Positions 28,120 to 37,258 of a DNA stretch of 64,000 bases are shown piece after piece. The translations under genes and the position numbers were made by a program. The DNA lies in assembly GCA_014240275.1 (NCBI GenBank), contig JAAZXH010000006.1, positions 12,749 through 76,748 of the forward strand, read 5' to 3'. Source of the DNA: Candidatus Peregrinibacteria bacterium. GTDB lineage: Bacteria; Patescibacteriota; Gracilibacteria; UBA1369; GCA-2718715. Each line of letters starts with the position of its first letter. Positions within the stretch are counted from its first letter, which is position 1. The notes beneath the pieces were generated by a model. It ran no database searches. It was not told where the DNA came from and saw only the letters and a program-made list of their open reading frames with translations.

Positions 28120-30621
28120 TTATTCAGGTTTAAAACCAATTCTGTTTTGAACTTCTTTATCTACAAATTTCTTAGCACGAGCGTATTTCAAACGTACATA
28201 TTGCTTAATCTTAGCAGCTAAAACAGGATTCGACTTACTTTGGTCATATAGCGTTTGCATAGAAAAAGGACGAGAGGTAGTATTACGAATATTTAATTTA
28301 ACGTAAGCCTTGTAGTTAGCAATATTAATTACATCTTGCTCAGATAAGGCTGGTGCGTATTCTTTAGCTAAATATTCAGCATCTTCGGCACCTACTTTAA
28401 AACTCATCATAGTACCCACATTACCAAATACCGCATCTTTAATTGCCGAAGATGAATTACCAAACTTCGAAACAGTCAACTGGTTAATATACTGATGGGC
28501 CATAATTAAGTTTAAGCGATATTTACGAGCTTCAGACAAAATTGTAGCAAAAGAATCGGTTGCAAAGTTTTGGAATTCATCCACATACAAATAAAAATCC
28601 TTCCTATCTTTTTTAGGTATATCTGCACGACTCATAGCCGCCATCTGAATTTTAGAAACCAACACCAGCCCCAATAACTGAGTATTTAGATCCCCTATCT
28701 TACCTTTTGAAAGATTAATTAATAAAATCTTTTTCTCATCCATACATTTACGTACATCAAAAGCCGAACTTTTTTGGCCTATAGTATTTCTCATTATGGT
28801 ATTTGTAATAAAAGGTCCAAATTTACTTGAAAAATATGGAACCATTTCTTGCCGTTCTCTTTGACCCGTATTCGCGTACTCATGCTCCCAAAAAGATTTT
28901 ACTACCGGATTACTACATTTTGAAACCTTATATTTCATAAAGGCATCATCGGTAAAAATCCTTGGTACATCGATCAAAGTTGCTCCTTCATCTGGATCTT
29001 CCATCAAAGTCAAACAAGCATTTCTAAAATAATGCTGAATTCGCGGACCAAAAATCTCATCTCCAAATAGTTTAATAAAAATTTCCGTAGCATTCGATGA
29101 GGCCATATCCATTTCGTTCGGCTCACTAGCCTCCAAGATGTTCAGGCCCATTGGCCTTTCTGTATCTGCTGGGTTAAAAACTATCACATCTTTTACCCTT
29201 TCTTTAGGGACAAAGCACAACAAATCTTCAATCAAATCTCCATGTGGATCAACAACACAAACCCCGTCTCCATTCCAGATATCTTGACGAGCCATAAAGT
29301 TCAAAAACACAGATTTACCAGAACCCGACTTCCCTATTACATACTGATGTCTAGTTCTATCATCACGTAAAAATTTAATTTTTGTTCGAACCCCCCGAAA
29401 AATATTATCACCTAAATAAACACCTTCAGTTGGAACATCTGGCGGTGGAGCCAAAACTTTATACTTCAACCATTTAATCGATGGAGTAAAGTTGTAAATA
29501 GAATCAGGAAAATGCACAATATTAGCCAATTCATCTGGAACCATTACAGAGGACTTTTCAAAAAACTTGAAATAACGAGCCTTATAGTTTTTTTGCATCA
29601 ACCAATTATTGATAGAGTCGATCGGAACAATACGTCTCATTTGAAACCAATTTGAAGAAGCATCCTTAAAAGCATTAAAAGCCACAAAAACACTGTTCAA
29701 AATTTCTATCGTACGGGCTTTGGTAGGAGTTATAGCATACAATCGAATCACAGTATCAAAACCTAATTGCGCAGATTTCAAACCAATATTTTTAGCGACA
29801 TCCTCGTTAGCTTGTAACATACGCACATAGCCATCACCTCCAGATGCACCCGGTGCATTGGATTTACCAAGACCAGATTTTTCACTCCCTACAAACAAAG
29901 TTAAAATTAAACGTAGTAAGAAACCAATAACAGGAACTCTAAAATGCTTTTTATTTGGATCCTTTCCTTTAAAAAGCTGAGTACCAAAGGCATTAGCTTT
30001 GTCTTGCCACTTATCTAAACGAGGTCTTATAGATAAATTAATCATCGCAAATTCATCAGCCTCCATTTTTGAAAAAACATTTGTCAAAACATTCAAAGGA
30101 TCATTTTCAATTTCTTTGTACATTTTAATTGGATACCAGTTAGTTCTTTGCAAATAAGCAAAATAAGACCTAGCATAACCTTTTTTCTTTTTGAAATCCA
30201 AAGGGTCATATACATCAACAGAGGCAGTAGAATAATATGAAGTAATTTGCTTTTCCAACAAATCTTTGTATTCATAAAAAGTAGATACTCGAAATTCAAT
30301 AACAGAATTCTCACAAACTATATCAAAATTCACAATATCTAAACCAAATAGCCACACTCTAAATTTATTGCCTAAATCTAGCTCTCCTATTTCATGAATA
30401 GAACGATACAGCTGACTCATAATACCAATTTTTTCGTGAAAATCTTTTTCCACCTCTTCTTGTCTATCTTTTTGAGAATCACTTCTTGGTAACAATATGG
30501 TATACCGCACGATCTGATTTTTCTTTAACTTAGCCATGTGGTGGTGTAAAAATGATTTCAAACCTTTAATCCCCAAGTATAAAAAAACCAATAATACCAA
30601 TACTAAAATCACAGTGCGCAT
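28120..30621 (-). CDS. VirD4/TraG/TraD-like (type IV coupling protein family) membrane-anchored ATPase
   Basis: N-terminal TM, Walker A GKSGSGKSVFLNFM followed by VVDPHGDL, Walker B FYLYVDEFQNF, and C-terminal RKYRLNLIMAHQYINQL. The start is set at Met21 (30621) because an extended -10 (TGATATAAT, 30647-30655) lies inside the longer ORF. Confidence 0.75.
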   Translation of the reverse strand: MRTVILVLVLLVFLYLGIKGLKSFLHHHMAKLKKNQIVRYTILLPRSDSQKDRQEEVEKDFHEKIGIMSQLYRSIHEIGELDLGNKFRVWLFGLDIVNFDIVCENSVIEFRVSTFYEYKDLLEKQITSYYSTASVDVYDPLDFKKKKGYARSYFAYLQRTNWYPIKMYKEIENDPLNVLTNVFSKMEADEFAMINLSIRPRLDKWQDKANAFGTQLFKGKDPNKKHFRVPVIGFLLRLILTLFVGSEKSGLGKSNAPGASGGDGYVRMLQANEDVAKNIGLKSAQLGFDTVIRLYAITPTKARTIEILNSVFVAFNAFKDASSNWFQMRRIVPIDSINNWLMQKNYKARYFKFFEKSSVMVPDELANIVHFPDSIYNFTPSIKWLKYKVLAPPPDVPTEGVYLGDNIFRGVRTKIKFLRDDRTRHQYVIGKSGSGKSVFLNFMARQDIWNGDGVCVVDPHGDLIEDLLCFVPKERVKDVIVFNPADTERPMGLNILEASEPNEMDMASSNATEIFIKLFGDEIFGPRIQHYFRNACLTLMEDPDEGATLIDVPRIFTDDAFMKYKVSKCSNPVVKSFWEHEYANTGQRERQEMVPYFSSKFGPFITNTIMRNTIGQKSSAFDVRKCMDEKKILLINLSKGKIGDLNTQLLGLVLVSKIQMAAMSRADIPKKDRKDFYLYVDEFQNFATDSFATILSEARKYRLNLIMAHQYINQLTVSKFGNSSSAIKDAVFGNVGTMMSFKVGAEDAEYLAKEYAPALSEQDVINIANYKAYVKLNIRNTTSRPFSMQTLYDQSKSNPVLAAKIKQYVRLKYARAKKFVDKEVQNRIGFKPE

Positions 30622-30766
30622 AAATGTTTTTTTTAAAAACAAAATAATTATATCATAAAGAAAGCACTTCCCAAAAGTCACAACTTAAGGCAGACAACGG
30701 AACAAATAAAAAGCAAGCAGTAAATTTATTGCAAAAAATAAAAAAACTACAAGTATAATTTCTATA

Positions 30767-32029
30767 TTAAAAATCTTTCATATTAATCAACCGAGTTCCT
30801 GGATCGAACACATTTGGATCCGTTAAAAAACGAGGATCAGATATTGAAAAGACCCGAGTGTCACCCATCCCTCTGCTTCTAAACTGCCCATGACCCAGAG
30901 ACAGATCCCTCACAGAAGGTACAGCATGCCGAGATTGAACCGCCTCAATAAGTTTACCTTTTGAATCAACAGGTTGACCCAATGTATTAAAAAATTGGGT
31001 AGGGATTAAAGGCTCAAAGCCTTCCCTTGACATACTTTGAACCGGATCCTCAGGCACAGGACTTGCAAACAAACGGGTTGTTGCAGAGTTAGGCTCACTA
31101 TCATAATCGGATAAAGCTTTATGTACATCTAAAGTATCAATAGGGATAGTATCAGAGTCATTTTGAAACGGTTGAAAAGCTGGCGAACTTATTGAAAAAG
31201 TTGACCAAGTAAAATCTTGAGCCCTCTCCCTACCATCAACTCCATCGCGCCCTAACCCCAACCAAAAATATCCGTTAGGCAAATAATAATTTAAACAAGA
31301 AGCAAATGAATTAAGGTCAAACACATGTATAGAAGACTGAAAACTTTTCACTAAAGGATGCTGGGGAGAACCTGAAAAAATCTCAAATAACCCCTGAGAC
31401 ATCAACTGACAATTTCTTAAATCAGACATCACACCCTTTTGATAAATAGCCGTAGGATGATCTGGTCGGACAAAGTTCATCAAATCAAGCTCCTGAAAAC
31501 CAAAACCTGACAACGAATCCCTCCACTCTGGAGTAGCATAACGAAACACTTCAGGATAATTCAAAACATCATTGTCTTTTACCAATATATTACTACCAAC
31601 CGTAAGATATCCATATTCACCAGTTGGAATAGGAAATAACACAACAATACTAGCTTGAACATTCCTATTAAAAGACAAAGTACTTCTAACAGAACACAAT
31701 AAATCTGACAACTTAGAAGTAACATAATCAAGATAAAACTTAGACTTACCATCTAATCCGTTTTCATCAGGTAAACAAAAGATATTACCTGTTTTAAATT
31801 GCAAACCATAAGAGTCCAACTGTTTGTTAATTTCATTCCAAAATCGCGTATCAGATAAAACTTCATTTAAACGCTCAGTAAAAGCAGATACCTGGCTTCG
31901 GGCACCTCTTGATTCAACACCTATAAACTGACCAGTTTCAAGCATCGAAAGACCGTTAGAAAAACTACCACTACCTATATATCCATGACCAACACCTTTA
32001 TTATAAACGTACTGAGAATTGATAGACAT
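30767..32029 (-). CDS. Hypothetical protein (420 aa), no recognisable family
   Basis: Long intact ORF on the same strand, immediately upstream of the VirD4-like gene. It has no TM segment or signal peptide, and its composition is less AT-biased than its neighbours. Confidence 0.6.
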   Translation of the reverse strand: MSINSQYVYNKGVGHGYIGSGSFSNGLSMLETGQFIGVESRGARSQVSAFTERLNEVLSDTRFWNEINKQLDSYGLQFKTGNIFCLPDENGLDGKSKFYLDYVTSKLSDLLCSVRSTLSFNRNVQASIVVLFPIPTGEYGYLTVGSNILVKDNDVLNYPEVFRYATPEWRDSLSGFGFQELDLMNFVRPDHPTAIYQKGVMSDLRNCQLMSQGLFEIFSGSPQHPLVKSFQSSIHVFDLNSFASCLNYYLPNGYFWLGLGRDGVDGRERAQDFTWSTFSISSPAFQPFQNDSDTIPIDTLDVHKALSDYDSEPNSATTRLFASPVPEDPVQSMSREGFEPLIPTQFFNTLGQPVDSKGKLIEAVQSRHAVPSVRDLSLGHGQFRSRGMGDTRVFSISDPRFLTDPNVFDPGTRLINMKDF

Positions 32030-32075
32030 AATTATAAATTAACCACACCTATGCTATACTCGTTTACAAAACATG

Positions 32076-33452
32076 TCAAGCAACCTGGATGTAATTCAAC
32101 AACATGTCAATAGCAACTCGCTCCTGCTTCAGAGTGTCCCTATTACGAACAGTTACACAGTTGTCTTCTAGACTATCAAAATCGATTGTTACACAAGCTG
32201 GGGTACCTATTTCATCTTGCTTACGATACCTTTTACCGATTGAACCGGCCTCATGATATTCAATATTTCCAAGAGGAGCTAAAATACCAACAACCTTTTT
32301 AGCCAAAGCCTGCAATTCTGGTTTTTTCATAAGGGGTAATACTGCAACCCTCACTGGAGCAATATGCTCAGGTAACTCTAAATAAACTCGAGTTGAACCA
32401 TCAACTTCTTGCTCTCTATAAGTATCCATTAATAAAATAGTTACAAAGCGAGACAAACCAAAAGTCGGCTCAATTACATGCGGAACAACTTTTTTCCCAT
32501 CTGGGTAGGTCACAACCAATTTTTGGCCAGATTTTTCAGCATGATTTTTTAAATCAAAATCAGTTCTGTAAGCTACAGCAAACATTTCTTTAAACCCCCA
32601 ATCAAATTTGTACTCAAGATCAGCTGTACCCTTAGAATAATGCGAAAGCTCAAAGTCTTGATGATCCCTCCAGCGTAAATTAGCAGCAGAAACACCAGAT
32701 TCAATTGCAAAATCATAAATTTCACATTGCCAGTAATCCATTAATTCTTTCCAATCATTAAGCGATGGATCAAAAAAGTACTCAAACTCCATTAAGTCAA
32801 ACTCTAAAGTACGGAATGTAAATTGACCTTTTGAAATTTCATTTCTAAAAGCCTTACCCGCCTGACCTATACCAAAAGGTAATTTTGGACTCATAGAGTC
32901 AACAATATTTTTAAAGTTCAAAAATATACCTTGAGCTATCTCACCTCTTAAAAAGGCTTTGTTACCTTCGCCTTCTATTATTCCAATTTCTGTTTCAAAC
33001 AACAGGTTAAACTTGCGTGCCTTACCTAATGGGTTACCATCTGGGCTTAAGATATTTTCAGCATCAATAATTTCCTGTAACTGCTGCGCAGACATCCCAT
33101 CTACTACTTTGTCTTCACCTTTATTATGAAAATATTCTTCAATCAAATGGTCAGCACGATAACGTTTATTTGTCTTTAAATCTTCTACCATTACATCGGC
33201 AAAAGTCTCAACATGACCAGAAGCCTCCCAAACCTTAGGGTTTAAAATAATTGAACTTTCTATCCGAAACAAATCATGCCTCTGCTCAAAAAACTTCTTA
33301 AACCAAGCCTGCTTTATATTTTCCTTTAATAGTGAACCATAATGACCGTAGTCATAAGTATTGGCTAAACCACCATAGATCTCACAACTAGGGAAAACAA
33401 AACCTCGACGTTTCGCTAAAGAAACAACCTTTTCGAACAAAGACATAATCAA
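32076..33452 (-). CDS. glyQS: Glycine--tRNA ligase (dimeric class II, GlyQS type)
   Basis: RRGFVFPSCEIYGG, class II motifs (FRNEISKGQFTFRTLEFDLMEFEYF, GLSR) and a C-terminal anticodon-binding domain. Confidence 0.95.
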   Translation of the reverse strand: MIMSLFEKVVSLAKRRGFVFPSCEIYGGLANTYDYGHYGSLLKENIKQAWFKKFFEQRHDLFRIESSIILNPKVWEASGHVETFADVMVEDLKTNKRYRADHLIEEYFHNKGEDKVVDGMSAQQLQEIIDAENILSPDGNPLGKARKFNLLFETEIGIIEGEGNKAFLRGEIAQGIFLNFKNIVDSMSPKLPFGIGQAGKAFRNEISKGQFTFRTLEFDLMEFEYFFDPSLNDWKELMDYWQCEIYDFAIESGVSAANLRWRDHQDFELSHYSKGTADLEYKFDWGFKEMFAVAYRTDFDLKNHAEKSGQKLVVTYPDGKKVVPHVIEPTFGLSRFVTILLMDTYREQEVDGSTRVYLELPEHIAPVRVAVLPLMKKPELQALAKKVVGILAPLGNIEYHEAGSIGKRYRKQDEIGTPACVTIDFDSLEDNCVTVRNRDTLKQERVAIDMLLNYIQVA

Positions 33453-33465
33453 AAATTAAAGTAAA

Positions 33466-33795
33466 TTAAGCAGCCGGTGCAGCAGGAGCTTCCCCACCCT
33501 TACCTTGTTGTTGAGCTTGCATTTCTTTAACTTTATTACGGAAATCTAAAAGAGAGTTTTGCAATACAGTTAAAAACTGCTCAGCAGCTCTATGATTCAT
33601 ATTCATTCTTTGAACAACCATAATTTCCATAGGATTAGTATTTGGAATAGTATAACCAAAGTCTAAAACTACTTCATTACCGTTAATGTGTACAGAAACG
33701 GCGTTAGAATATTTACCTTGCTTAGAAGTTTCATCAGGGAAAACTACTTTAATATTTTGTTGCCCACCTTGTGGAGCTTGTGCTTGTTGATTCAT
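33466..33795 (-). CDS. DUF3467-like small protein
   Basis: 109 aa. YSNAVSVHINGNEVVLDFGY...MNHRAAEQFLTVLQ resembles the DUF3467 family, and the termini are low-complexity. Confidence 0.55.
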   Translation of the reverse strand: MNQQAQAPQGGQQNIKVVFPDETSKQGKYSNAVSVHINGNEVVLDFGYTIPNTNPMEIMVVQRMNMNHRAAEQFLTVLQNSLLDFRNKVKEMQAQQQGKGGEAPAAPAA

Positions 33796-33979
33796 AATAA
33801 ATCAGTTAATTACCCTTCAATTTTAACAAAAGAACAGAATTTAGCAAGCTCCAATTGTTCTTTAAAAGATCAAAATATATTACAACATATAATATTCAAC
33901 AATCTAATGTTTTGACTACACTAAATCCAACATAAGACAACTTATTTGTTATAATTAAGCTGAAAATTAACCATAAAAT

Positions 33980-35494
33980 ATGCAAGACAAATCAAACCAG
34001 GCTGGAATATTTACAAAAATATTCAATTGGTGCAAAGAAGACCCTCTATTAAAAATTGGAGCTTTGTTTGTATTATTAAGTATCGGCTGGTTCTTAAAAA
34101 ACACATTTTCAAGTGGTCTGATTGGACCAGTTGGGCAAATTACAATTGGCTTCTTAGTTGGAGCCGGACTCCTAGTTGCGGGAAACAAATTCACAAAATC
34201 CAAACCCAACGTTAGCACTGCCTTTACTCTAATAGGAGGTTTAACAATTTTAGCCACGGCTTTTACCAGTCGGCATATCTACGATCTATTAGACCCAACG
34301 GCCGCTTTTGGCATCATGGTACTAGCAATTATATATATGAGCAGCCAAGCCGTTAAAAATAATCAATACCCAATATCTCTAATAGCATTATTAGGAGGGG
34401 GGGTAATTCCAATTCTCACCAACTCACCAACCCCAAACTACATTAGCCTTTTAACCTATGTGTTTGTACTTAACCTTGGAACTCAAATTGTCAGCCTCAA
34501 TAAAGGGTGGCGTAGCTTAAGCATCATCTCCTTATTAATTACCTTTATATATAGCTTCTCATTTTTCGAAATTTACCCAGAGCAAGACACTACAGTTTGG
34601 ATGTTTATGGGTCTATTCTATCTACAATTCCTCTATAACAACATCAGCAATATTATAAAAAAACAAAGTATTCAAATCGCTGATATTATTGGTAGCCTCT
34701 TCAACGGACTAATAATCATTATTTGGATTATGAATCTTACACCTGAACACATCCAAAATTTTCTCTTTTGTGGACTAGGCCTAATGGGAATCGGCATTAG
34801 TTACTTCATGCAAAAAAACGCTCAATTTAAAAATATATTTTATACCTTCCTAGGTCTCAGCTTATTATACTTAGGTATTGCTACCGCCCAAACATTTGAC
34901 GGAACTACCCTAGCTACAGTATTTGCCTTAGAAGCATTAATCCTAGTTTATTTATCTTACGCAAGAATCAAAGACTATGCCCTAACACACCTAACAAGCT
35001 TAAGCTTTGCCATTCCTATCGTTATGAGTATAGAACATTTAGAGCCAAGAAACCTGGAATACTTCCTAAACAGTCCATCACTAATTGTTTTAATTACCAT
35101 TGCCTTAACAACAGGACTAGCAAGCTACATAATACCTAAACTCAAACCTAAAAACGACAATTACCCAATCGGATCAGCAGTTTTAGGTATCATATCTTTT
35201 CTTTATAGCTTAAGAACAATCTGGTTAATTAACGAAAGCCTGTTCCAATCATATAGCTTTGCCAAAGGAGTAAGCCTAATGACTTATACCCTTGTAGGTT
35301 TATTTACACTTTGGAACGGAACACATAACAAGCAAAAAATCTCAACTATTATAGGACAAAGCCTATTAACAATAGTAACCCTCCGATTACTTCTTACCGA
35401 AGCTTGGCAAATGACAGACACATACCGCATGCTAACATTCTCAATCATTGGTATACTCTTTATTGCTACCGCATTCTATAAAAAAAACAAATAA
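33980..35494 (+). CDS. Polytopic membrane protein (DUF2339-like)
   Basis: 504 aa with more than 12 predicted TM helices. The family assignment is tentative. Confidence 0.5.
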   Translation: MQDKSNQAGIFTKIFNWCKEDPLLKIGALFVLLSIGWFLKNTFSSGLIGPVGQITIGFLVGAGLLVAGNKFTKSKPNVSTAFTLIGGLTILATAFTSRHIYDLLDPTAAFGIMVLAIIYMSSQAVKNNQYPISLIALLGGGVIPILTNSPTPNYISLLTYVFVLNLGTQIVSLNKGWRSLSIISLLITFIYSFSFFEIYPEQDTTVWMFMGLFYLQFLYNNISNIIKKQSIQIADIIGSLFNGLIIIIWIMNLTPEHIQNFLFCGLGLMGIGISYFMQKNAQFKNIFYTFLGLSLLYLGIATAQTFDGTTLATVFALEALILVYLSYARIKDYALTHLTSLSFAIPIVMSIEHLEPRNLEYFLNSPSLIVLITIALTTGLASYIIPKLKPKNDNYPIGSAVLGIISFLYSLRTIWLINESLFQSYSFAKGVSLMTYTLVGLFTLWNGTHNKQKISTIIGQSLLTIVTLRLLLTEAWQMTDTYRMLTFSIIGILFIATAFYKKNK

Positions 35495-35495
35495 T

Positions 35496-36602
35496 ATGAA
35501 AATTTTCAAAAAACTAATAAGCCTAGTAGTCCTAAGTACAATCAGCACTACCTTAGCATTTAATACCTTACCAGAACAAAGCTTCCAAGCTTATGAAAAC
35601 CAACAGACCCTAGAAATAAACAATATTGCAGTCCCAACCCTTGTAGAATTTAATTATGAAATTCAAAAATACCCTATCTTAATTATTGATGAGCAAAACA
35701 CTAGCTACGGATACCAAAGTACTACAATTTATGAATCAGATAAATTTCAAGTCACAAGTCCACAAAAAATATCCAACCTAAAAAATATTAAAGATGGTAA
35801 ATTTCAAACCTCGACACAACTAAAATTAGTAAAAGAAACTAACACCACAACTTTAAACTTTAAAACACAAGAAGCCTACCAATATGATTCTCTGACAATA
35901 GACTACAAACAGAATTCCCAAAAAACTGACTACATCACAATAGAAGCCAAAACAAATGGCAATTATGAAACCCTCTTTGCAAGAAGCAAGACAAGTACAA
36001 ATCGAATCAACTTCCCAAAAACCAAAACACAAGAATTTAAAATCACTCTGGAACACAGCCAGCCATTAGTAATTAATGAAATTCAATTCAGACGCAATCA
36101 AGACCGACAAGCTATTTACAACCAATATAAATTCTTAGCTATTCCAGACCAAACATACACAATTTATACCGACGCAGATCGCAACCCAAAATATCAATTA
36201 CCAGAAACCGGCAGATTTAACAAACAACAAACCACCATTAATGGAAAGTTAATAAATCAAGCAGCAAACCCGAAATACCAAGCTGCAGATACTGACAAAG
36301 ACACAATATTAGATAAACAAGACAACTGCCCACAAATAGCCAATAGCGACCAAGCTGATTTAAACAAAAACAGTATTGGAGACGCTTGCGAAGATTTTGA
36401 CGGAGACCGAGTCTTAAACGCTAATGACAACTGCCCTAATCAAGCCAACTACAACCAAAAAGATCAAGATAATGACAAAATAGGAGATGCCTGTGACAAT
36501 CAAGAAAACCGCATTACCGAAAAACTCCCCTGGCTACAATGGCTAGCGCTAGGAATAACAGCTGCCATCATAATATATCTCACAGTTAAACAAAGCGATT
36601 AA
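35496..36602 (+). CDS. Secreted protein with thrombospondin type-3 (Ca-binding) repeats and C-terminal TM anchor
   Basis: The start is moved to MKIFKKLISLVVLSTIST (signal peptide). Repeated DxDxDxxxDxxDNCP motifs (DKQDNCPQIANSDQAD, DGDRVLNANDNCPNQANYNQKDQDND) and a terminal TM helix. Confidence 0.7.
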   Translation: MKIFKKLISLVVLSTISTTLAFNTLPEQSFQAYENQQTLEINNIAVPTLVEFNYEIQKYPILIIDEQNTSYGYQSTTIYESDKFQVTSPQKISNLKNIKDGKFQTSTQLKLVKETNTTTLNFKTQEAYQYDSLTIDYKQNSQKTDYITIEAKTNGNYETLFARSKTSTNRINFPKTKTQEFKITLEHSQPLVINEIQFRRNQDRQAIYNQYKFLAIPDQTYTIYTDADRNPKYQLPETGRFNKQQTTINGKLINQAANPKYQAADTDKDTILDKQDNCPQIANSDQADLNKNSIGDACEDFDGDRVLNANDNCPNQANYNQKDQDNDKIGDACDNQENRITEKLPWLQWLALGITAAIIIYLTVKQSD

Positions 36603-36630
36603 AAAAAGCCCCTTAAAGGGGCTTTTAATT
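36601..36630. terminator. Bidirectional rho-independent terminator
   Basis: AAAAAAAGCCCC-TTAAA-GGGGCTTTT hairpin with an A-run on one side and a T-run on the other, between convergent genes. Confidence 0.7.
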
Positions 36631-36646
36631 TTATTAAATAAAACTT

Positions 36647-37198
36647 TTATTCAACAACTAAAGTACCAACCATTCCCATAGCCCTGTGAGAACCAATACT
36701 ACAATAAAACTCATAAGACCCTGGAGCTGGAGCGGCAAAACTCACTGAACCAGAACTACCTGCACCCATAGCTGCAATAGATCCGACTCCATCAATAACT
36801 AAATCATGAAAACCTTCTGTAACCGCTAAATTCAAAGTCACTTGAGCACCAGATTGAACCTTTAAGCTACTTTGCGAATAGGCAAAATTAGTTGCATTTA
36901 AATTAAAACTAACTGGAGCGACCGCTTCAGGCTCAGCATTTACTTCAGGCTCAGCATTTACTTCAGGCTCAGCATTTACTTCAGGCTCAGCATTTGCTTC
37001 AGCCTCAGCATTTGCTTCAGGCTCAGCATTTGCTTCAGGCTCAGCATTTGAGGCTTCTTCTGCAGCTGGTGCTTCTTCTGCAGCTGTATCAACTTGCGTC
37101 TCTAACAGGGTATCAACAGGTTGATCTTGTGTAGCAGGTTCGCTAGCACCACAACCAACCAAAGTTAGTACCAAAAGTATTGCCAATAAATTTTTCAT
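36647..37198 (-). CDS. Cupredoxin (type-1 copper) lipoprotein with acidic repeat linker
   Basis: Lipobox LTLVGC, NAEPE(A/V) repeats, and a C-terminal cupredoxin signature GFHDLVIDG...YEFYCSIGSHRAMGMVGTLVV (His, Cys, His, Met ligands). Confidence 0.8.
   Translation of the reverse strand: MKNLLAILLVLTLVGCGASEPATQDQPVDTLLETQVDTAAEEAPAAEEASNAEPEANAEPEANAEAEANAEPEVNAEPEVNAEPEVNAEPEAVAPVSFNLNATNFAYSQSSLKVQSGAQVTLNLAVTEGFHDLVIDGVGSIAAMGAGSSGSVSFAAPAPGSYEFYCSIGSHRAMGMVGTLVVE
36925..37050 (-). repeat. Tandem 18-bp coding repeat, 7 copies
   Basis: cttcaggctcagcattt(a/g) is repeated head to tail and encodes (N/E)AEPE(A/V) units. Confidence 0.95.
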
Positions 37199-37258
37199 AA
37201 TTTAAGTTAATGAATACAATATTAATTTTACAAAAAATCTACAAAAATGAAAAGTCAA

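Noticed and set aside
28120-32029. Reading the VirD4-like gene as part of an integrated conjugative element or a complete type IV secretion system
   Set aside because: No integrase, relaxase, VirB4/VirB6 genes, direct repeats or tRNA target are in the window, and both flanks are housekeeping genes. It is kept only as an orphan ATPase finding.
33453-33465. T-box leader upstream of glyQS, as found in Firmicutes
   Set aside because: Only 13 bp separate glyQS from the upstream gene, which leaves no room for a ~200-nt leader.
33796-33979. A long (184 bp) intergenic region, and likewise 55263-55447, examined for tRNA or small RNA genes
   Set aside because: Both are very AT-rich and lack cloverleaf-compatible GC stems or conserved motifs. 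They are best explained as divergent or ordinary promoter regions.
33967-34257. Minus-strand 96-aa ORF overlapping the start of 33980-35494
   Set aside because: The plus-strand ORF is 504 aa of coherent TM helices, and the minus-strand ORF is a shadow of it.
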